Shown piece by piece: positions 19,889 to 30,605 of a stretch of DNA of 64,000 nt (position 1 is its first letter; every line of letters starts with the position of its first letter). A model generated the notes under the pieces. That model had not been told where the DNA came from, made no database searches, and saw nothing but the letters and a program-made list of their open reading frames with translations. The translations under genes were made by a program, and so were the position numbers. Source of the stretch: an uncultured delta proteobacterium (GTDB lineage Bacteria > Myxococcota_A > Polyangia > Polyangiales > Polyangiaceae); contig CAVQUB010000002.1 in assembly GCA_963716725.1 (NCBI GenBank), forward strand, positions 160,001 to 224,000, in the 5' to 3' direction.

Positions 19889-21063
19889 GCGCGCCGGACG
19901 AGCCGAGTGCCGGAACGCTGCCCGAGATGGTCGGGCGCTATCGTGTGCTCGGTTCGCTGGGCCACGGCTCCATGGGCCGAGTGCTCCAGGCGCGTGATCC
20001 CAATCTCGATCGGGACGTCGCGGTCAAATTGTTGCGCGAGGATCTCAAGCTCGCGGAGCCCGAGCGTCACACGCTGCACGAGCGCATGCGTCAGGAAGCG
20101 CGAGCCAGCGCACGGCTCACGCATCCGAACATCGTGGCGCTCTACGACATCGGCGACGAGCCGGCGCTGGGCATCTACCTCGTATTCGAGTACGTCGAGG
20201 GGCCGACGCTGGAAGAACGCGCGGCCGGATCCCCGCTGGGCGCAGCGGCGGCAGCACGACTCAGCCGTGAACTCGGCAGCGCGCTCGGCGCGGCCCATCG
20301 CGCGGGCATCATCCATCGCGACATCAAACCCGCCAACGTGATCCTGGCGGCTACTGGGGGAAAGATCGCCGACTTCGGCATCGCTCGCATTCCCGGCTCG
20401 ACCTTGACCCGAGATGGTCGCGTGCTCGGCACGCCGGCCTACAGCGCGCCCGAGGCCATCGAGACGGGTGAGCTGACAGCGGCATCCGATCAGTTCTCAC
20501 TCGCGGCCACCATGTACGAAGCCGTGTCGGGTCGCCGCGCGTTTCCGGGTGACGACGCGGTCACCGTCGCAAAGCTCATCACCACCAGCGAGGCCTCGCC
20601 AATTGCCTCGGATGCAGGACTCGACCCGCACGTCGATGCCGTGCTGGCCCGCGCAATGGCGAGAGTGCCGAGCCGTCGCTTCGCCTCCGCGGAGGACTTC
20701 GGTGACGCCCTGGCCGAAGCGCTACTGCTCGCGCCCCGGGCCGCCATGCCGACGGTGCCGGATCTGCGGCGCCGCGACGCACACGACGCCCGCGCGAGCC
20801 GCCGAGACCTGCTGGTGCTCGGGCTCGGCATGGTGCTCGGTGCAGCGCTCACCGCTGCGCTCTTCTTGCTCTTGCCGGATCGCAGCCCCGGGGGTGGACT
20901 TGCGCCGGCGGTGGTGCCAGGCCCTCTCGACCTCGCCGATGGCGGGACGCCGACGGAGACTTCCCCGGGGGCGCCCCGCCGCTCGGAAGCGCCGGTGCCG
21001 CCCCGCCCGCGAGTTTCGCCGCCGTCCGCCCCGAGCCCGGCGGACCCCAGCGGCGATCTCTGA
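19885..21063 (+). CDS. Membrane Ser/Thr protein kinase
   Basis: GHGSMG, VAVK, HRDIKPAN, DFG, GTPAYSAPE, TM helix. Confidence 0.93.
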   Translation: MSAPDEPSAGTLPEMVGRYRVLGSLGHGSMGRVLQARDPNLDRDVAVKLLREDLKLAEPERHTLHERMRQEARASARLTHPNIVALYDIGDEPALGIYLVFEYVEGPTLEERAAGSPLGAAAAARLSRELGSALGAAHRAGIIHRDIKPANVILAATGGKIADFGIARIPGSTLTRDGRVLGTPAYSAPEAIETGELTAASDQFSLAATMYEAVSGRRAFPGDDAVTVAKLITTSEASPIASDAGLDPHVDAVLARAMARVPSRRFASAEDFGDALAEALLLAPRAAMPTVPDLRRRDAHDARASRRDLLVLGLGMVLGAALTAALFLLLPDRSPGGGLAPAVVPGPLDLADGGTPTETSPGAPRRSEAPVPPRPRVSPPSAPSPADPSGDL

Positions 21064-21111
21064 CGGACGGGAAGGCAGCGAGGTCCAGATCGAGCTATGG
21101 TGTGCGCCCGC

Positions 21112-21684
21112 ATGACGTCGCGACACCTCTTTGCCTGGCTGTTCGTCCTCGCTTCGACCGCTCTGATGCTGATGGCCTGTTCGTCGAGCAGCGATGCCGG
21201 CGGCGGCTCCGGCGACGGAGGCTACGCCTGCACCCAGGCGCCCAACTGCGGCGAGTGCCAGGCTTGTTTCGACAGCTGCTTGTGCAACGGCGGCGACGCG
21301 CCGAGTTGCCTGCTCCAGTGCACGGGCACTGGCTCCGGCGGGACTTCGGGGACCGGGGGAGCGCCCGGGGGCGGCGGGGCGACGGCGGGCGGGGGTGCGC
21401 CCAGTGGCGGCGGCGGTGGCGGCGGTGGCAGCTGCACGCAGCTCACGACCGGGAACCCCACCTGCGACGCCTGCGCGCATTCGACCTGCTGCGCGCAGAT
21501 CGACGCCTGTCTCACCAATTCCGCGTGCACGGGGTTCCTGAGCTGCATCAGCCAGAATTGCCAGAACGCAGGCTCCAACCTGAATGCCTGCGCGCAGCAG
21601 TACTGCTCGCAGTACAGCGCGGGGATCAACGCGTACAACACGCTGGCCCAATGCATCGGCCAGAGCTGCGCAGGCTCGTGCTGA
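21112..21684 (+). CDS. Cys/Gly-rich lipoprotein
   Basis: Lipobox LMAC; two Cys-rich modules separated by a Gly linker. Confidence 0.75.
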   Translation: MTSRHLFAWLFVLASTALMLMACSSSSDAGGGSGDGGYACTQAPNCGECQACFDSCLCNGGDAPSCLLQCTGTGSGGTSGTGGAPGGGGATAGGGAPSGGGGGGGGSCTQLTTGNPTCDACAHSTCCAQIDACLTNSACTGFLSCISQNCQNAGSNLNACAQQYCSQYSAGINAYNTLAQCIGQSCAGSC

Positions 21685-21694
21685 GCACTTCCCG

Positions 21695-22645
21695 ATGAGA
21701 GGTCGCGCGGCCCGGATGGCGCCGTGCGCATTGGTCGTGGCCCTCGGCGCGCTCATGCCCCGGGCGCACGCCGAGTCCCGCCTCGCTGGGCCGGCGTCCG
21801 ATCCCTTCGTGTCGCGACGACCGGCAGAAGCAGCCATCACCGGCGGGGTCGTGACGCTTCGGCAACCCGCCTCGCAGATGATCCGGGTCCCCGCCGGCAG
21901 CTTCGACATGGGCTCCACCCCCGAGGACGTTCTCGACGCGCTCACCGACTGCGCGCGTGAGCCCCTCGGCGGGAGGTGCCGGGAGGAGATGTTTTCCGAC
22001 GAGATGCCCCGGCACAAGGTCGAGCTGTCGTCTTTTTGGCTCGATCGGATGGAGGTCACCGTGCGCGACTACGCGCGCTGCGTCGCGCTCCGCCGCTGTC
22101 GCGCGGCCCCCTTCGAGCAGGGCGGGAAACGCTTCGACCGACCCAGCTTTCCGGTGACGTTGGTCCGGCACCCCGACGCGCGAGCCTACTGTCGCTTCAG
22201 AAGTGCGCGACTGCCCACGGAAGCAGAGTACGAACGGGCGGCACGCGGCGCGCGCGGACGCCGCTACCCTTGGGGCAATCTCTACAACTCACGCGTCGCC
22301 AACCACGGCCGACTCGGCCTCGACAGCACCGACGCGCAAGATGGTTTCGCCGAACTCGCTCCCGTGGGCTCGTTTCCCTCGGGCCGCACGCCGGCAGGGT
22401 TCCTGGATTTGGCGGGCAACGTCGCGGAGTGGACCGCGGATCGCTACGCGCCGAGCTACTCGAGCGGCGCCGCGGTCGATCCCAAGGGCCCCGCCCTCGG
22501 CGCCGGCACCAGCGGCTACGTGGTGCGGGGCGGGCACTTCTCCAGCGCCGCGCCGTGGATGCGAGGGGCATCGCGCGCCAGCGCGGAGCCAGAGGCGCGC
22601 TCCCCGTCCCTGGGCTTTCGCTGCGCGCGCACGGCCCGGCGATGA
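21695..22645 (+). CDS. Formylglycine-generating enzyme (SUMF1) family protein
   Basis: FDMGS, RLPTEAEYERAARG, YPWGN, DLAGNVAEW, GFRCA. Confidence 0.92.
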   Translation: MRGRAARMAPCALVVALGALMPRAHAESRLAGPASDPFVSRRPAEAAITGGVVTLRQPASQMIRVPAGSFDMGSTPEDVLDALTDCAREPLGGRCREEMFSDEMPRHKVELSSFWLDRMEVTVRDYARCVALRRCRAAPFEQGGKRFDRPSFPVTLVRHPDARAYCRFRSARLPTEAEYERAARGARGRRYPWGNLYNSRVANHGRLGLDSTDAQDGFAELAPVGSFPSGRTPAGFLDLAGNVAEWTADRYAPSYSSGAAVDPKGPALGAGTSGYVVRGGHFSSAAPWMRGASRASAEPEARSPSLGFRCARTARR

Positions 22646-23208
22646 GAGCCGAGGACTTCCCCGAAGACACTCCCACCCCGGAGTTGGTCCTGCCGGTACA
22701 CGGCGCCACGACCTTCGTGCTGGTGCGCCCGCACTACCCGGAGAATGTCGGGGCCACCGCGCGCGCCATCAAGACCATGGGCTTCGTGCAACTCGCGCTG
22801 GTCAAGCCCGGCCGACTTGCCACGCCACAGCACGAGATGGCATTGAAAATGGCCGTCAAGAGCAAGGACGTCCTGCTGAACGCGCCGGTACACTCCGAAC
22901 CGCACGCCGCCGTGAGCGGCGCGGATTGGGTCGTGGGCACGACGTCGCGGCGGGGGGTGTCCGGCGTGCTCTTGCCGCGGGCTCTCGCCCAGAGGGCGGT
23001 CGAGCGGGCCGCGCGCGGCGAAAAGATGGCGCTGCTCTTCGGGAACGAGAAGACCGGGCTGGGCGAGGCGGAGCGGGCCCTTTGTCATGATTTCGTCCGG
23101 ATCCCGATGGCCGCCGATCAGCCGTCGGTCAACCTTGCCCAGGCGACGCAAATCATCGCCTACGAGCTCTTCGTCGCGGGCCTCGAGGCACGAAACCGAG
23201 GGACCTGA
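22642..23208 (+). CDS. SPOUT RNA methyltransferase, TrmJ/LasT family
   Basis: VLVRPHYPENVGATARAIKTMG, LFGNEKTGL, SVNLAQA. Confidence 0.9.
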   Translation: MRAEDFPEDTPTPELVLPVHGATTFVLVRPHYPENVGATARAIKTMGFVQLALVKPGRLATPQHEMALKMAVKSKDVLLNAPVHSEPHAAVSGADWVVGTTSRRGVSGVLLPRALAQRAVERAARGEKMALLFGNEKTGLGEAERALCHDFVRIPMAADQPSVNLAQATQIIAYELFVAGLEARNRGT

Positions 23209-23235
23209 CCCCCTGGTTTGATAGTCTTCGGCCCC

Positions 23236-24267
23236 ATGCTCCCCGTCGACCTCCGCTCGGACACCGTGACCAAACCGTCGGCAGCGATGCGGCGCGCGAT
23301 GGCCGACGCCGAGGTGGGAGACGACGTCTACGGCGAGGACCCCACGGTCCAACAGCTCGAGCGCCGCGTCGCCGAACTGCTCGGAAAGGAGCGCGCCCTG
23401 TTTGTGCCCTCGGGCACCATGGCCAACCAGATCGCGCTCATGCTGCACACGCGTCCTGGCGACGAGGTCGTGATCGGCGAAGGGACACACTGTGCGGAGT
23501 TCGAGTCTGGAGCAACAGCGGCGCTGTCCGGTGTTCAGCTGGCGGTCGCGGGGCGAGGCGGCTTGTTCGACGTCGACGATCTCGAAGCGGCGATTCGCCC
23601 GAGCGCGTACTGGCTCCCCAACACCAGCGTGCTGGTGGTCGAAAACACTCACAACCGGGGCGGCGGCCGCGTATTTCCTCTCGCGACGCTACGCGCGGTG
23701 TGCGACCACGCCCGGACGCGGGGCCTCGCCATCCACCTCGACGGAGCACGCCTTTGGAACGCGAGCGCCGCCAGCGCCGTGAGCGCAGCGGACTTCGCGC
23801 GCGGGGCCGACACCGTCAGCGTCTGCTTCTCGAAGGGTCTCGGAGCGCCGGTCGGATCGGCGTTGGCCGGCCCCGCGGAGCTCATGCTGCGGGCGCTCCG
23901 GCTGCGTCGGATGCTCGGCGGCTCCATGCGTCAGAGCGGGATCTTGGCGGCGGCGGCGCTGTTTGCGCTGGACAAGAACCGCGGACGCCTCCCCGAAGAT
24001 CACGCCAATGCCCAGGTGATCGCCCGGGCGCTCGCCGGCCTCCCGGGCTGCCGAGTCGACCCCGCCACCGTCGAAACCAACATCGTGAACATCGGGCTCG
24101 ACGGACCGAGCACCGATCGGGTCATCGCCGCTGCGAAGGAGCGAGGGGTCTTGATCAGCAGCATTGCGCCGCGGACTCTGCGCGCCGTCACCCACCTCGA
24201 CGTCACTCCGGAGGGCGCCGAGCACGCCGGAGCCGTCCTGGCCGAAACCATCACGGACCTTCGCTAG
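23236..24267 (+). CDS. ltaE: Low-specificity L-threonine aldolase
   Basis: [46 protein letters not shown]. Confidence 0.93.
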   Translation: MLPVDLRSDTVTKPSAAMRRAMADAEVGDDVYGEDPTVQQLERRVAELLGKERALFVPSGTMANQIALMLHTRPGDEVVIGEGTHCAEFESGATAALSGVQLAVAGRGGLFDVDDLEAAIRPSAYWLPNTSVLVVENTHNRGGGRVFPLATLRAVCDHARTRGLAIHLDGARLWNASAASAVSAADFARGADTVSVCFSKGLGAPVGSALAGPAELMLRALRLRRMLGGSMRQSGILAAAALFALDKNRGRLPEDHANAQVIARALAGLPGCRVDPATVETNIVNIGLDGPSTDRVIAAAKERGVLISSIAPRTLRAVTHLDVTPEGAEHAGAVLAETITDLR

Positions 24268-24268
24268 G

Positions 24269-25354
24269 ATGAGGCCGAGAGCGCTCGCGATCGTGCTCGT
24301 TGCCGTGGCGGCCTGTGCTCCCACGCTGCCAGCAGGCTTCACCGAAGAGCGCGCCGCAGCCGAGCGCGCCTACGCCGCAGGGCGCTACGACGAAGCGGCG
24401 GAGCACTGGCAGAAGGCAGAATCGGCGGCAACGCGGCGCCGCGACCAGACCGAAGCCCGCTACCGAAGGGCCGCGTCGCTGCGCCGCGCCGGGCGGCACG
24501 AAGCGGCGGCCTCGCTGCTGGGCGGGCTGGAGAGCTCGCGTCCAAAGAGCTCCCGGGCCGCGCGCGCGGCTTTCGATGGCGCAGACATCGAAATCGAACA
24601 TGGCAACGCGGAGCGGGGCTGGGCAGAGTTGGAGCTCGCGATTCGGAAATACCCGCGCTCCGGCCTCGCTCTGGCGGCGCTCGGGCGCCTGAGCCAGCAC
24701 CGCGAGGAGCGGACCGGCGCCGCGGCGGCGCTCGAGCTCTTGGCAGACCTCGGCGAACGCGGTGGCAGCGCCGAGCTCCGAGAGCTGGCGCTCTACGACC
24801 GCGGGCGCCTGCTCGAGAAACTCGGCCGCGAAGCCGAAGCGCTGGGCGCGTTTCTCGATACCGCGCGGCGCCACCCGTACCCGAAGGGAGCGCTGTGGGA
24901 CGACGCCTTGTTTGCCGCGTCGTTGCTCGAGGAAAAGCTGGGGCGCCCCGACCGCGCCATCGCCCACCTCGAGCGGATGCTCCGCGAGAAGGAGCCCTCG
25001 TCGCTCAATCAGGGTTCCTATCAGCGGCCGCGCTATGCCGGTGCGCGCTACCGCGTTGCCGAGCTCTACCGCGATCGCATGGCTGACAGGCCGCGCGCGG
25101 TTCGAGAGTTCCGGCGGGTCTGGGACGAGCACGCGACCAGTCTCTTGCGTGATGATGCGCTGTGGCAGGCCGCGCGCCTCGAGCGCGAGCAAGGGCACGG
25201 TGAGGCGGCTTGCGAACTACTGAAGCGCCTCGTCTCCGACGCGCCCGACTCCCGCTTCTCGCGCTGCGCCGACGCGCTCTGTCCGACCCTGCGCCCAGCC
25301 GAAGGCGCGTGCCACCCTTACGTGGTCCGCGACCTCCGCGGGCCCGACGGTTGA
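24269..25354 (+). CDS. TPR lipoprotein
   Basis: Lipobox VAAC and repeated TPR helices (DDALFAAS, DDALWQAA). Confidence 0.8.
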   Translation: MRPRALAIVLVAVAACAPTLPAGFTEERAAAERAYAAGRYDEAAEHWQKAESAATRRRDQTEARYRRAASLRRAGRHEAAASLLGGLESSRPKSSRAARAAFDGADIEIEHGNAERGWAELELAIRKYPRSGLALAALGRLSQHREERTGAAAALELLADLGERGGSAELRELALYDRGRLLEKLGREAEALGAFLDTARRHPYPKGALWDDALFAASLLEEKLGRPDRAIAHLERMLREKEPSSLNQGSYQRPRYAGARYRVAELYRDRMADRPRAVREFRRVWDEHATSLLRDDALWQAARLEREQGHGEAACELLKRLVSDAPDSRFSRCADALCPTLRPAEGACHPYVVRDLRGPDG

Positions 25355-25361
25355 GCGAGAC

Positions 25362-25772
25362 TCATTCGTCTTCGAACGACTCTTCTTCCTCTTTGTCTTT
25401 GTCTTTGTCTTTGTCTTCTTCGTCGTCTTCGTCTTCGTCCTCGTCTTCGAATTCGTCGGTCGACTCCGAGTCTTCTTCGTCGTCGTCCTCACCCTTCGGC
25501 TCGGTCTTCAAGTCGATTCCGACTTCGCCAAGCTGGGTTTCGAGCAGCTCGAAGAGCTCGTCCACGTCGTCGCCGTTCCACTCGTCGAGAACGTCCGTCA
25601 GAAACTCGTAGAAGTCTCCGGTATCGAGGCGTCTCTCGATTTCCTCGACCTGCTCTTCTTTGAACGCCTCGAGCACGTCCTCGCGCAGTGACTCGGAATC
25701 GCCCTCGTCGATGGCCTCCTGGGCAGACTGTCGAATTTGGCGAACGGCACGCCTGTCGAGGTAGATATCCAT
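25362..25772 (-). CDS. Highly acidic small hypothetical protein (136 aa)
   Basis: MDIYLDRRAVRQ...; about 62 of 136 residues are D/E by manual count. Confidence 0.75.
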   Translation of the reverse strand: MDIYLDRRAVRQIRQSAQEAIDEGDSESLREDVLEAFKEEQVEEIERRLDTGDFYEFLTDVLDEWNGDDVDELFELLETQLGEVGIDLKTEPKGEDDDEEDSESTDEFEDEDEDEDDEEDKDKDKDKEEEESFEDE

Positions 25773-25899
25773 TTCAGCTCTGTTCTCCGTAAGCCAGCGA
25801 CCCCGGCAATAGACGATGCGCGCAAAGCAAGTCAAGGCCGGTCGGCGAGGTGCCTCGCCTCGGCCCCGCGACACCCCCGAACTGGGATATACGGAGTAC

Positions 25900-26553
25900 A
25901 TGGTGCGCCGCGCCGTGCCCTGCCTGATCGTGCTGGCCTGGAGTGCGTCCGCGCTTGGCGCCGAGGGCGCCGAGGGCGGCGAGCGCGCGGTGCTCCAGCC
26001 GTCCACCTTCGACTACCTGCAATACGGGGTGGCCTTTGTCGCCGAGACGGTGGCGGCCGCGGGAGACGTCTGCCCGGCCCAGGCGGTCGACCCTTGCATC
26101 TTTGGCTCCGGCGGCGGGCTGGCGGTCCGGGTCGGCTATCGATCCCGCGGAGCCTGGTACGTCGGCGGGGCCTACGAGTCCTCGCGGCACGAATCGTCGA
26201 ATCTGCTGCGACTAGCCATTTTGCAGCAGCTTCGAGCTGAGACCCGGCTCTACCTCGACGCCGGCGAGCTCTTCACGCCCTACGCGGCCGGAGGCGGAGG
26301 CGTGGCGCTCTACGGCAGCGAGTGGTCCTCCGACACCGGCGGCGTCACTGCCTTCCTCGGCGGCGGATTCGAGTTTCAGCTGAGCCGAACCGCCGTCGTG
26401 GGGCTCGCGGCGGCCTACCGGCCCTTCCTTTTCCGCGGCTGGACCGACAGGGCCAACCAGCGCCGGGCCGACCGCTATCTGGGCTTTGGCTTGGCCCATG
26501 TGCTGGCCGTTGAGGTGGTCTTGGAGATCCGCGACCCCCTCCCGCGCTGGTGA
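25900..26553 (+). CDS. Exported protein, probable small outer-membrane beta-barrel
   Basis: Signal peptide; amphipathic strands (PYAAGGGGVALY, FLGGGFEFQL). Confidence 0.6.
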   Translation: MVRRAVPCLIVLAWSASALGAEGAEGGERAVLQPSTFDYLQYGVAFVAETVAAAGDVCPAQAVDPCIFGSGGGLAVRVGYRSRGAWYVGGAYESSRHESSNLLRLAILQQLRAETRLYLDAGELFTPYAAGGGGVALYGSEWSSDTGGVTAFLGGGFEFQLSRTAVVGLAAAYRPFLFRGWTDRANQRRADRYLGFGLAHVLAVEVVLEIRDPLPRW

Positions 26554-26627
26554 AGCCCCCGACGAATATTGGGTGAGGAGCTGAGAACCCTTGACGTCTT
26601 TGCGCCAGCGGAGTTCCGTTGGCCCCC

Positions 26628-27881
26628 GTGAAGTGTGACCGGTGCGGGCGGGACAATCCCCCGAGCCTCAGGTTCTGCCAAGACTGCGGGAATCGCCTGC
26701 AAGCTGCATCTGCGCGCGCCGTGGAGCCGACCCCGCCCCGGGGCGTGCCGCTGGCGGACGTCCGCGCCAGGCCCGCCGCACCCGATTTCGACTTTGCACC
26801 GCGCGCGGCGCCGCACGAAAGCGACGCTCACTGCGGCCGCTGCGGCGCCGCGAATCCAGCGGGTTCACGCTTCTGCGCCGACTGCGGTGGGGGCATTGGC
26901 GGCGTTCCGGCGCCGGCCGAGCCCCGATCGGATCCCGCCCCCGCTGGCCGCCCATCGGCCGCCCTGCACGCCGCCCCCGTGGTTGGTCTCGCCGCGGGCG
27001 CGCTGGTCGAGCAGCCACCGGTCGTCTGCTCGAGATGTCGGGGCAGCAACGCTCCCCAGATGGCGTACTGCCAGTACTGCGGCGGGCGGCTTCAAGACGG
27101 CCCCCCCCCGCGCGAGGCGCCAGAGCCGGCACCGCCGGCACCGCCGGCCCACCAGCCGGTAGTCGCCCCGGCTGCACCCGCACCGCCGACCGCGCCCCGC
27201 GCGCCAGCGCCCGCCCCGGCCCGCCGGGCGAAGCTCATCGTCGTGGCGCAGGACGGCAGCCCCGGCCGCGAGTACCCGCTGTCGCTCCCGACCACTGACA
27301 TCGGCCGGACCGAGGGCTCGATTTTGCTCCCGAACGACCCTTACGTATCCCCACGCCATGCCCGGATTTCCCTCCGGGAGGGCCGCTATTTCATCCGCGA
27401 CCTCGAAAGTACGAACCGCGTGTTCGTGCGGCTCCGGACCCCCGCCCAGTTGCGTTCTGGGGACTTGGTGTTGATCGGGCTTGAGGTGTTAAGGTTCGAC
27501 CTGGTGAACGCCGCCGACAAAGGTCTGGGCCCTGCGATGGACGGGGAAACACAGGTCTTCGGGTCCCCGATGCTCCCTCGATACGCCCGCCTCTGTCAGC
27601 GCACCGTCGAGGGTGTCACTCGGGATATTTATCATGTGTCGAAGGACGAGGTGGTCCTCGGTCGCGAGGCGGGAGACATCGTGTTCACGACCGATCCCTT
27701 CATGAGCCGCCGCCACGCTTCGCTGACGCGGGGCCGCGACGGCGCATTCGCCCTCGCCGACCTGGGCTCTTCCAACGGAACCTACTTGGCGATCCGCGAT
27801 GAGATTGCGCTCTCGAACGGCGATCACGTCCGCGTGGGCCAGCACCTTTTCCGGCTCGAGCAGAGCGGCGGTCAGAGCTGA
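26628..27881 (+). CDS. Zinc-ribbon plus tandem FHA domain protein
   Basis: Three CxxC...CxxC ribbons; FHA motifs IGR...SPRHA...STN and LGR...SRRHA...SSNGT. Confidence 0.9.
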   Translation: MKCDRCGRDNPPSLRFCQDCGNRLQAASARAVEPTPPRGVPLADVRARPAAPDFDFAPRAAPHESDAHCGRCGAANPAGSRFCADCGGGIGGVPAPAEPRSDPAPAGRPSAALHAAPVVGLAAGALVEQPPVVCSRCRGSNAPQMAYCQYCGGRLQDGPPPREAPEPAPPAPPAHQPVVAPAAPAPPTAPRAPAPAPARRAKLIVVAQDGSPGREYPLSLPTTDIGRTEGSILLPNDPYVSPRHARISLREGRYFIRDLESTNRVFVRLRTPAQLRSGDLVLIGLEVLRFDLVNAADKGLGPAMDGETQVFGSPMLPRYARLCQRTVEGVTRDIYHVSKDEVVLGREAGDIVFTTDPFMSRRHASLTRGRDGAFALADLGSSNGTYLAIRDEIALSNGDHVRVGQHLFRLEQSGGQS

Positions 27882-27882
27882 G

Positions 27883-29085
27883 ATGGCAGACGCTTCAAAA
27901 GCCATTCGCCTGCACGTGTTCGGTCGTACGGACGTCGGACAGATTCGCGAGCACAACGAGGACAACTTCCTCGTCGCGGACCTGAGCCGAAAGAGCCGGA
28001 GCCTCCTCGAGTCGGATCGTCATCAAGTCGTCGGCGAGCGCGGCACCGTCCTCGGCGTATGCGACGGCATGGGTGGAGCCGCCGCGGGCGAGGTGGCGAG
28101 CCAACTCGCGGTGGACATCATCTACGAAAAGCTGACTCAGGGGGACACTCCCACGAGCCGCGACGACCTGGCTCGGCGCCTGGTGCAGTCCGTCGAAGAC
28201 GCCGGCATGCGGATCTTCAACGAGGCCAGGGCCGATCGTACGCGCCGAGGCATGGGCACGACTTCGACCATCGCCGCGCTGCTCGATGGCCACCTGTTTG
28301 TGGCCCAGGTCGGCGACAGTCGAGCCTACATCCTGCGCAAGGGCGAGCTGGTGCAGGTCACTCGTGACCAATCGTTGGTCAATCAGCTGATCGAAGCCGG
28401 CCAGCTCACGGAGGAAGAAGCCGAGACCTTCGAGCACAACAACATCATTTTGCAGGCCCTCGGCACCGCCGACACCGTGCAGGTCGATCTCACCCACGTG
28501 GACCTGCGCCTGGACGACGTGTTGATGATCTGTTCGGACGGGCTCTCCGGGATGATCCGCGCCGACGAGATGCGAGAAGTGCTGACGACCGTGCCGGACC
28601 CGCTCGAGGCCTGCAAGGTGTTGACGGAACGCGCGAACCTCGCCGGGGGTCACGACAACATCACGGTGATCGTCGCCAGATTCGAGGGCGACTCGTTGCC
28701 GGTCCCGACGCCCGCGGACGTAGTGAAGTATGCCAAGTACGCGCTGCCCGACGCCGGCGCGGAGCCCGACGCGCGAGTCTCCATCAAGTCGCTCGACGAG
28801 GTCGCGATCGGTCCCAAGTCGGCCGAAGCCTTGCGCGAATCGCGATCACTCAAGGTCTCCCACACCATGGTCGGGATGACGTTCTCGGAGCTCGAAGCCG
28901 AAGAGCCCGCGCTCGCCGCCGGCGCCGCCGCCGCACGTCCCCTGTCCAATCCCCCGCCCGTGTTCACCCTCGACGACGAGCCCGTGCAGATCCCGACCAC
29001 CGGGCTGGCGCCTCCCATGGTCGGCGCCCTGGTGGTCGTCGCCCTGATCGCCGTGTCGGTGTTCGGGTTCCTCCTCCTGCGCTGA
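27883..29085 (+). CDS. PP2C-type Ser/Thr phosphatase (Stp1/IreP family) with C-terminal TM
   Basis: TDVGQIREHNED, CDGMGG, VGDSRAY, CSDGL, GGHDNIT. Confidence 0.93.
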   Translation: MADASKAIRLHVFGRTDVGQIREHNEDNFLVADLSRKSRSLLESDRHQVVGERGTVLGVCDGMGGAAAGEVASQLAVDIIYEKLTQGDTPTSRDDLARRLVQSVEDAGMRIFNEARADRTRRGMGTTSTIAALLDGHLFVAQVGDSRAYILRKGELVQVTRDQSLVNQLIEAGQLTEEEAETFEHNNIILQALGTADTVQVDLTHVDLRLDDVLMICSDGLSGMIRADEMREVLTTVPDPLEACKVLTERANLAGGHDNITVIVARFEGDSLPVPTPADVVKYAKYALPDAGAEPDARVSIKSLDEVAIGPKSAEALRESRSLKVSHTMVGMTFSELEAEEPALAAGAAAARPLSNPPPVFTLDDEPVQIPTTGLAPPMVGALVVVALIAVSVFGFLLLR

Positions 29086-29098
29086 GTCGGGGGCATCG

Positions 29099-30605
29099 AT
29101 GCGCCACGCGCTCCGGCGGATCCTGTGGATCGTGCCGACGCTGTTCGTCGTCTCGCTCGGGGTGTTCTGGCTCTTGTCCGCGACGCTGCGGGCAACCCCA
29201 GCCGCGGCGCAGCAGGACGAGGCCACCAGCTTCCGACCCCGCACACCGCCTCGCTTCCTGAACACTCACCCGACGAGCGTCCGCGAGCGCGCCCAAGCCG
29301 CGATGGCCAGCATTGCGCGGGACGACGAGCACTCCGACGCTGCTCGAAGCGATCTCGCTCGCCTCGGCGGGGCCGCACTCCCCCACGTGCTCCCGGAACT
29401 CGACACGCTCGACCCGCGAGGACGAGCGCGCGTGGCTCTGGCCTTGGGACCAGTCGGCAAGCGCATGAACGTCGGGACGTCGGAGGATCGAGGCTCCCCA
29501 GAGAGCGCCGTGCTGTTTTGGACCCGGTTCTGGCAGGACAGGTCCATCGACTTTCGGCCGGCCGTGGCCAAGCGCGCCGTGACACGACTTGGCGAGAAGT
29601 CGTCGGTGGGACGGCGCGACGCCGTGCGCCAGCTCGACACCTTCGCGCTCCCGGCCCTGATCGGCGATATGCCCCCGATCAACGGGGCCGAAGACGTGAA
29701 GCGCGCGACGCGCCTCGCCGCCGAGGCGTCCCGCATTGCCGATCAGCCCTGGCGCATGCCCAAAGACGCGAGCGTCGACCAAGCGCGGAGCGTGGTCCGC
29801 ACCTGGCAAAACTGGTGGCTTCAGCACCGGACCGACTACGTCACGAACGACGGGGCGGAGCGAGTCTTGTCGATGGTGAGCGACACCGAGTACGGGCGCT
29901 GGGCTGCCGACGCTGCGCTCAACCGCCTCGGCGTGACCTCGACGGGGGAGCTAGCGCTGACCCTCCTCTTGGACAAGGCCCCGGTCACGCTGTGGCTCTT
30001 GCTCTCCGGCCTCGCCGGGGGCTGGCTGGTGGGGATCGGGCTCGGGCTCGCGGGCGCTGCCAGAGCCCACCGGCGTTTCGACCTCGTGACCACCGCCGCC
30101 GCCGTGGTGCTCTGCGCGATCCCGATGGCGCTCGCCGCCACCTGGCTCGGTCCCGCCGCTGCCACCGGCGCGGTTCGCGCCGCGGCATCGACGTTGATGG
30201 TGCTGATGGCAGCCGCCATCGTTGCTCGCCACCAACGCAGCGCGACCCGAGTGGCCTTGGATCAGGAATATACGCGCACCGCCCGTGCTTTCGGCGCCAG
30301 CCCTTGGCGACTCGCGCGCTGGAGTTTCCGGAGCTCGAGCGTGGCCGCGCTGTCACTGATCGGAACTCAGCTGCCCCCGCTCCTGACCGGAGCCTTCGTC
30401 CTCGAGCACGCCTTTGGCCTCAATGGCGTCGGTGCGTTCACGTTGCATGCGGTCACGGCGCGCGACGTGACCTGGCTGATGGCGCTGGCGCTGGTGCTCA
30501 CGGCGTCGCTCTCGCTGCTGCAGATCTTCAGCGACGCGGTGCTCAGCGCCCTCGACCCACGCGTCCCGCGTCGGCTTCCTCCGCAATCGGGGGGCGCTCC
30601 CGTGA
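29099..30605 (+). CDS. DppB/OppB-like ABC permease with large extracytoplasmic insert; fused to the next gene as read
   Basis: EAA-like loop QEYTRTARAFGAS, GAFVLEHAFGLNGVG, LDPRV. Removing one C at 30565-30567 gives DPRVRVGFLRNRGALP* ending at TGA 30603-30605. Confidence 0.7.

Noticed and set aside
26591..26620. TTGACG as a -35 box for the FHA gene
   Set aside because: No credible -10 at 16-18 nt spacing.
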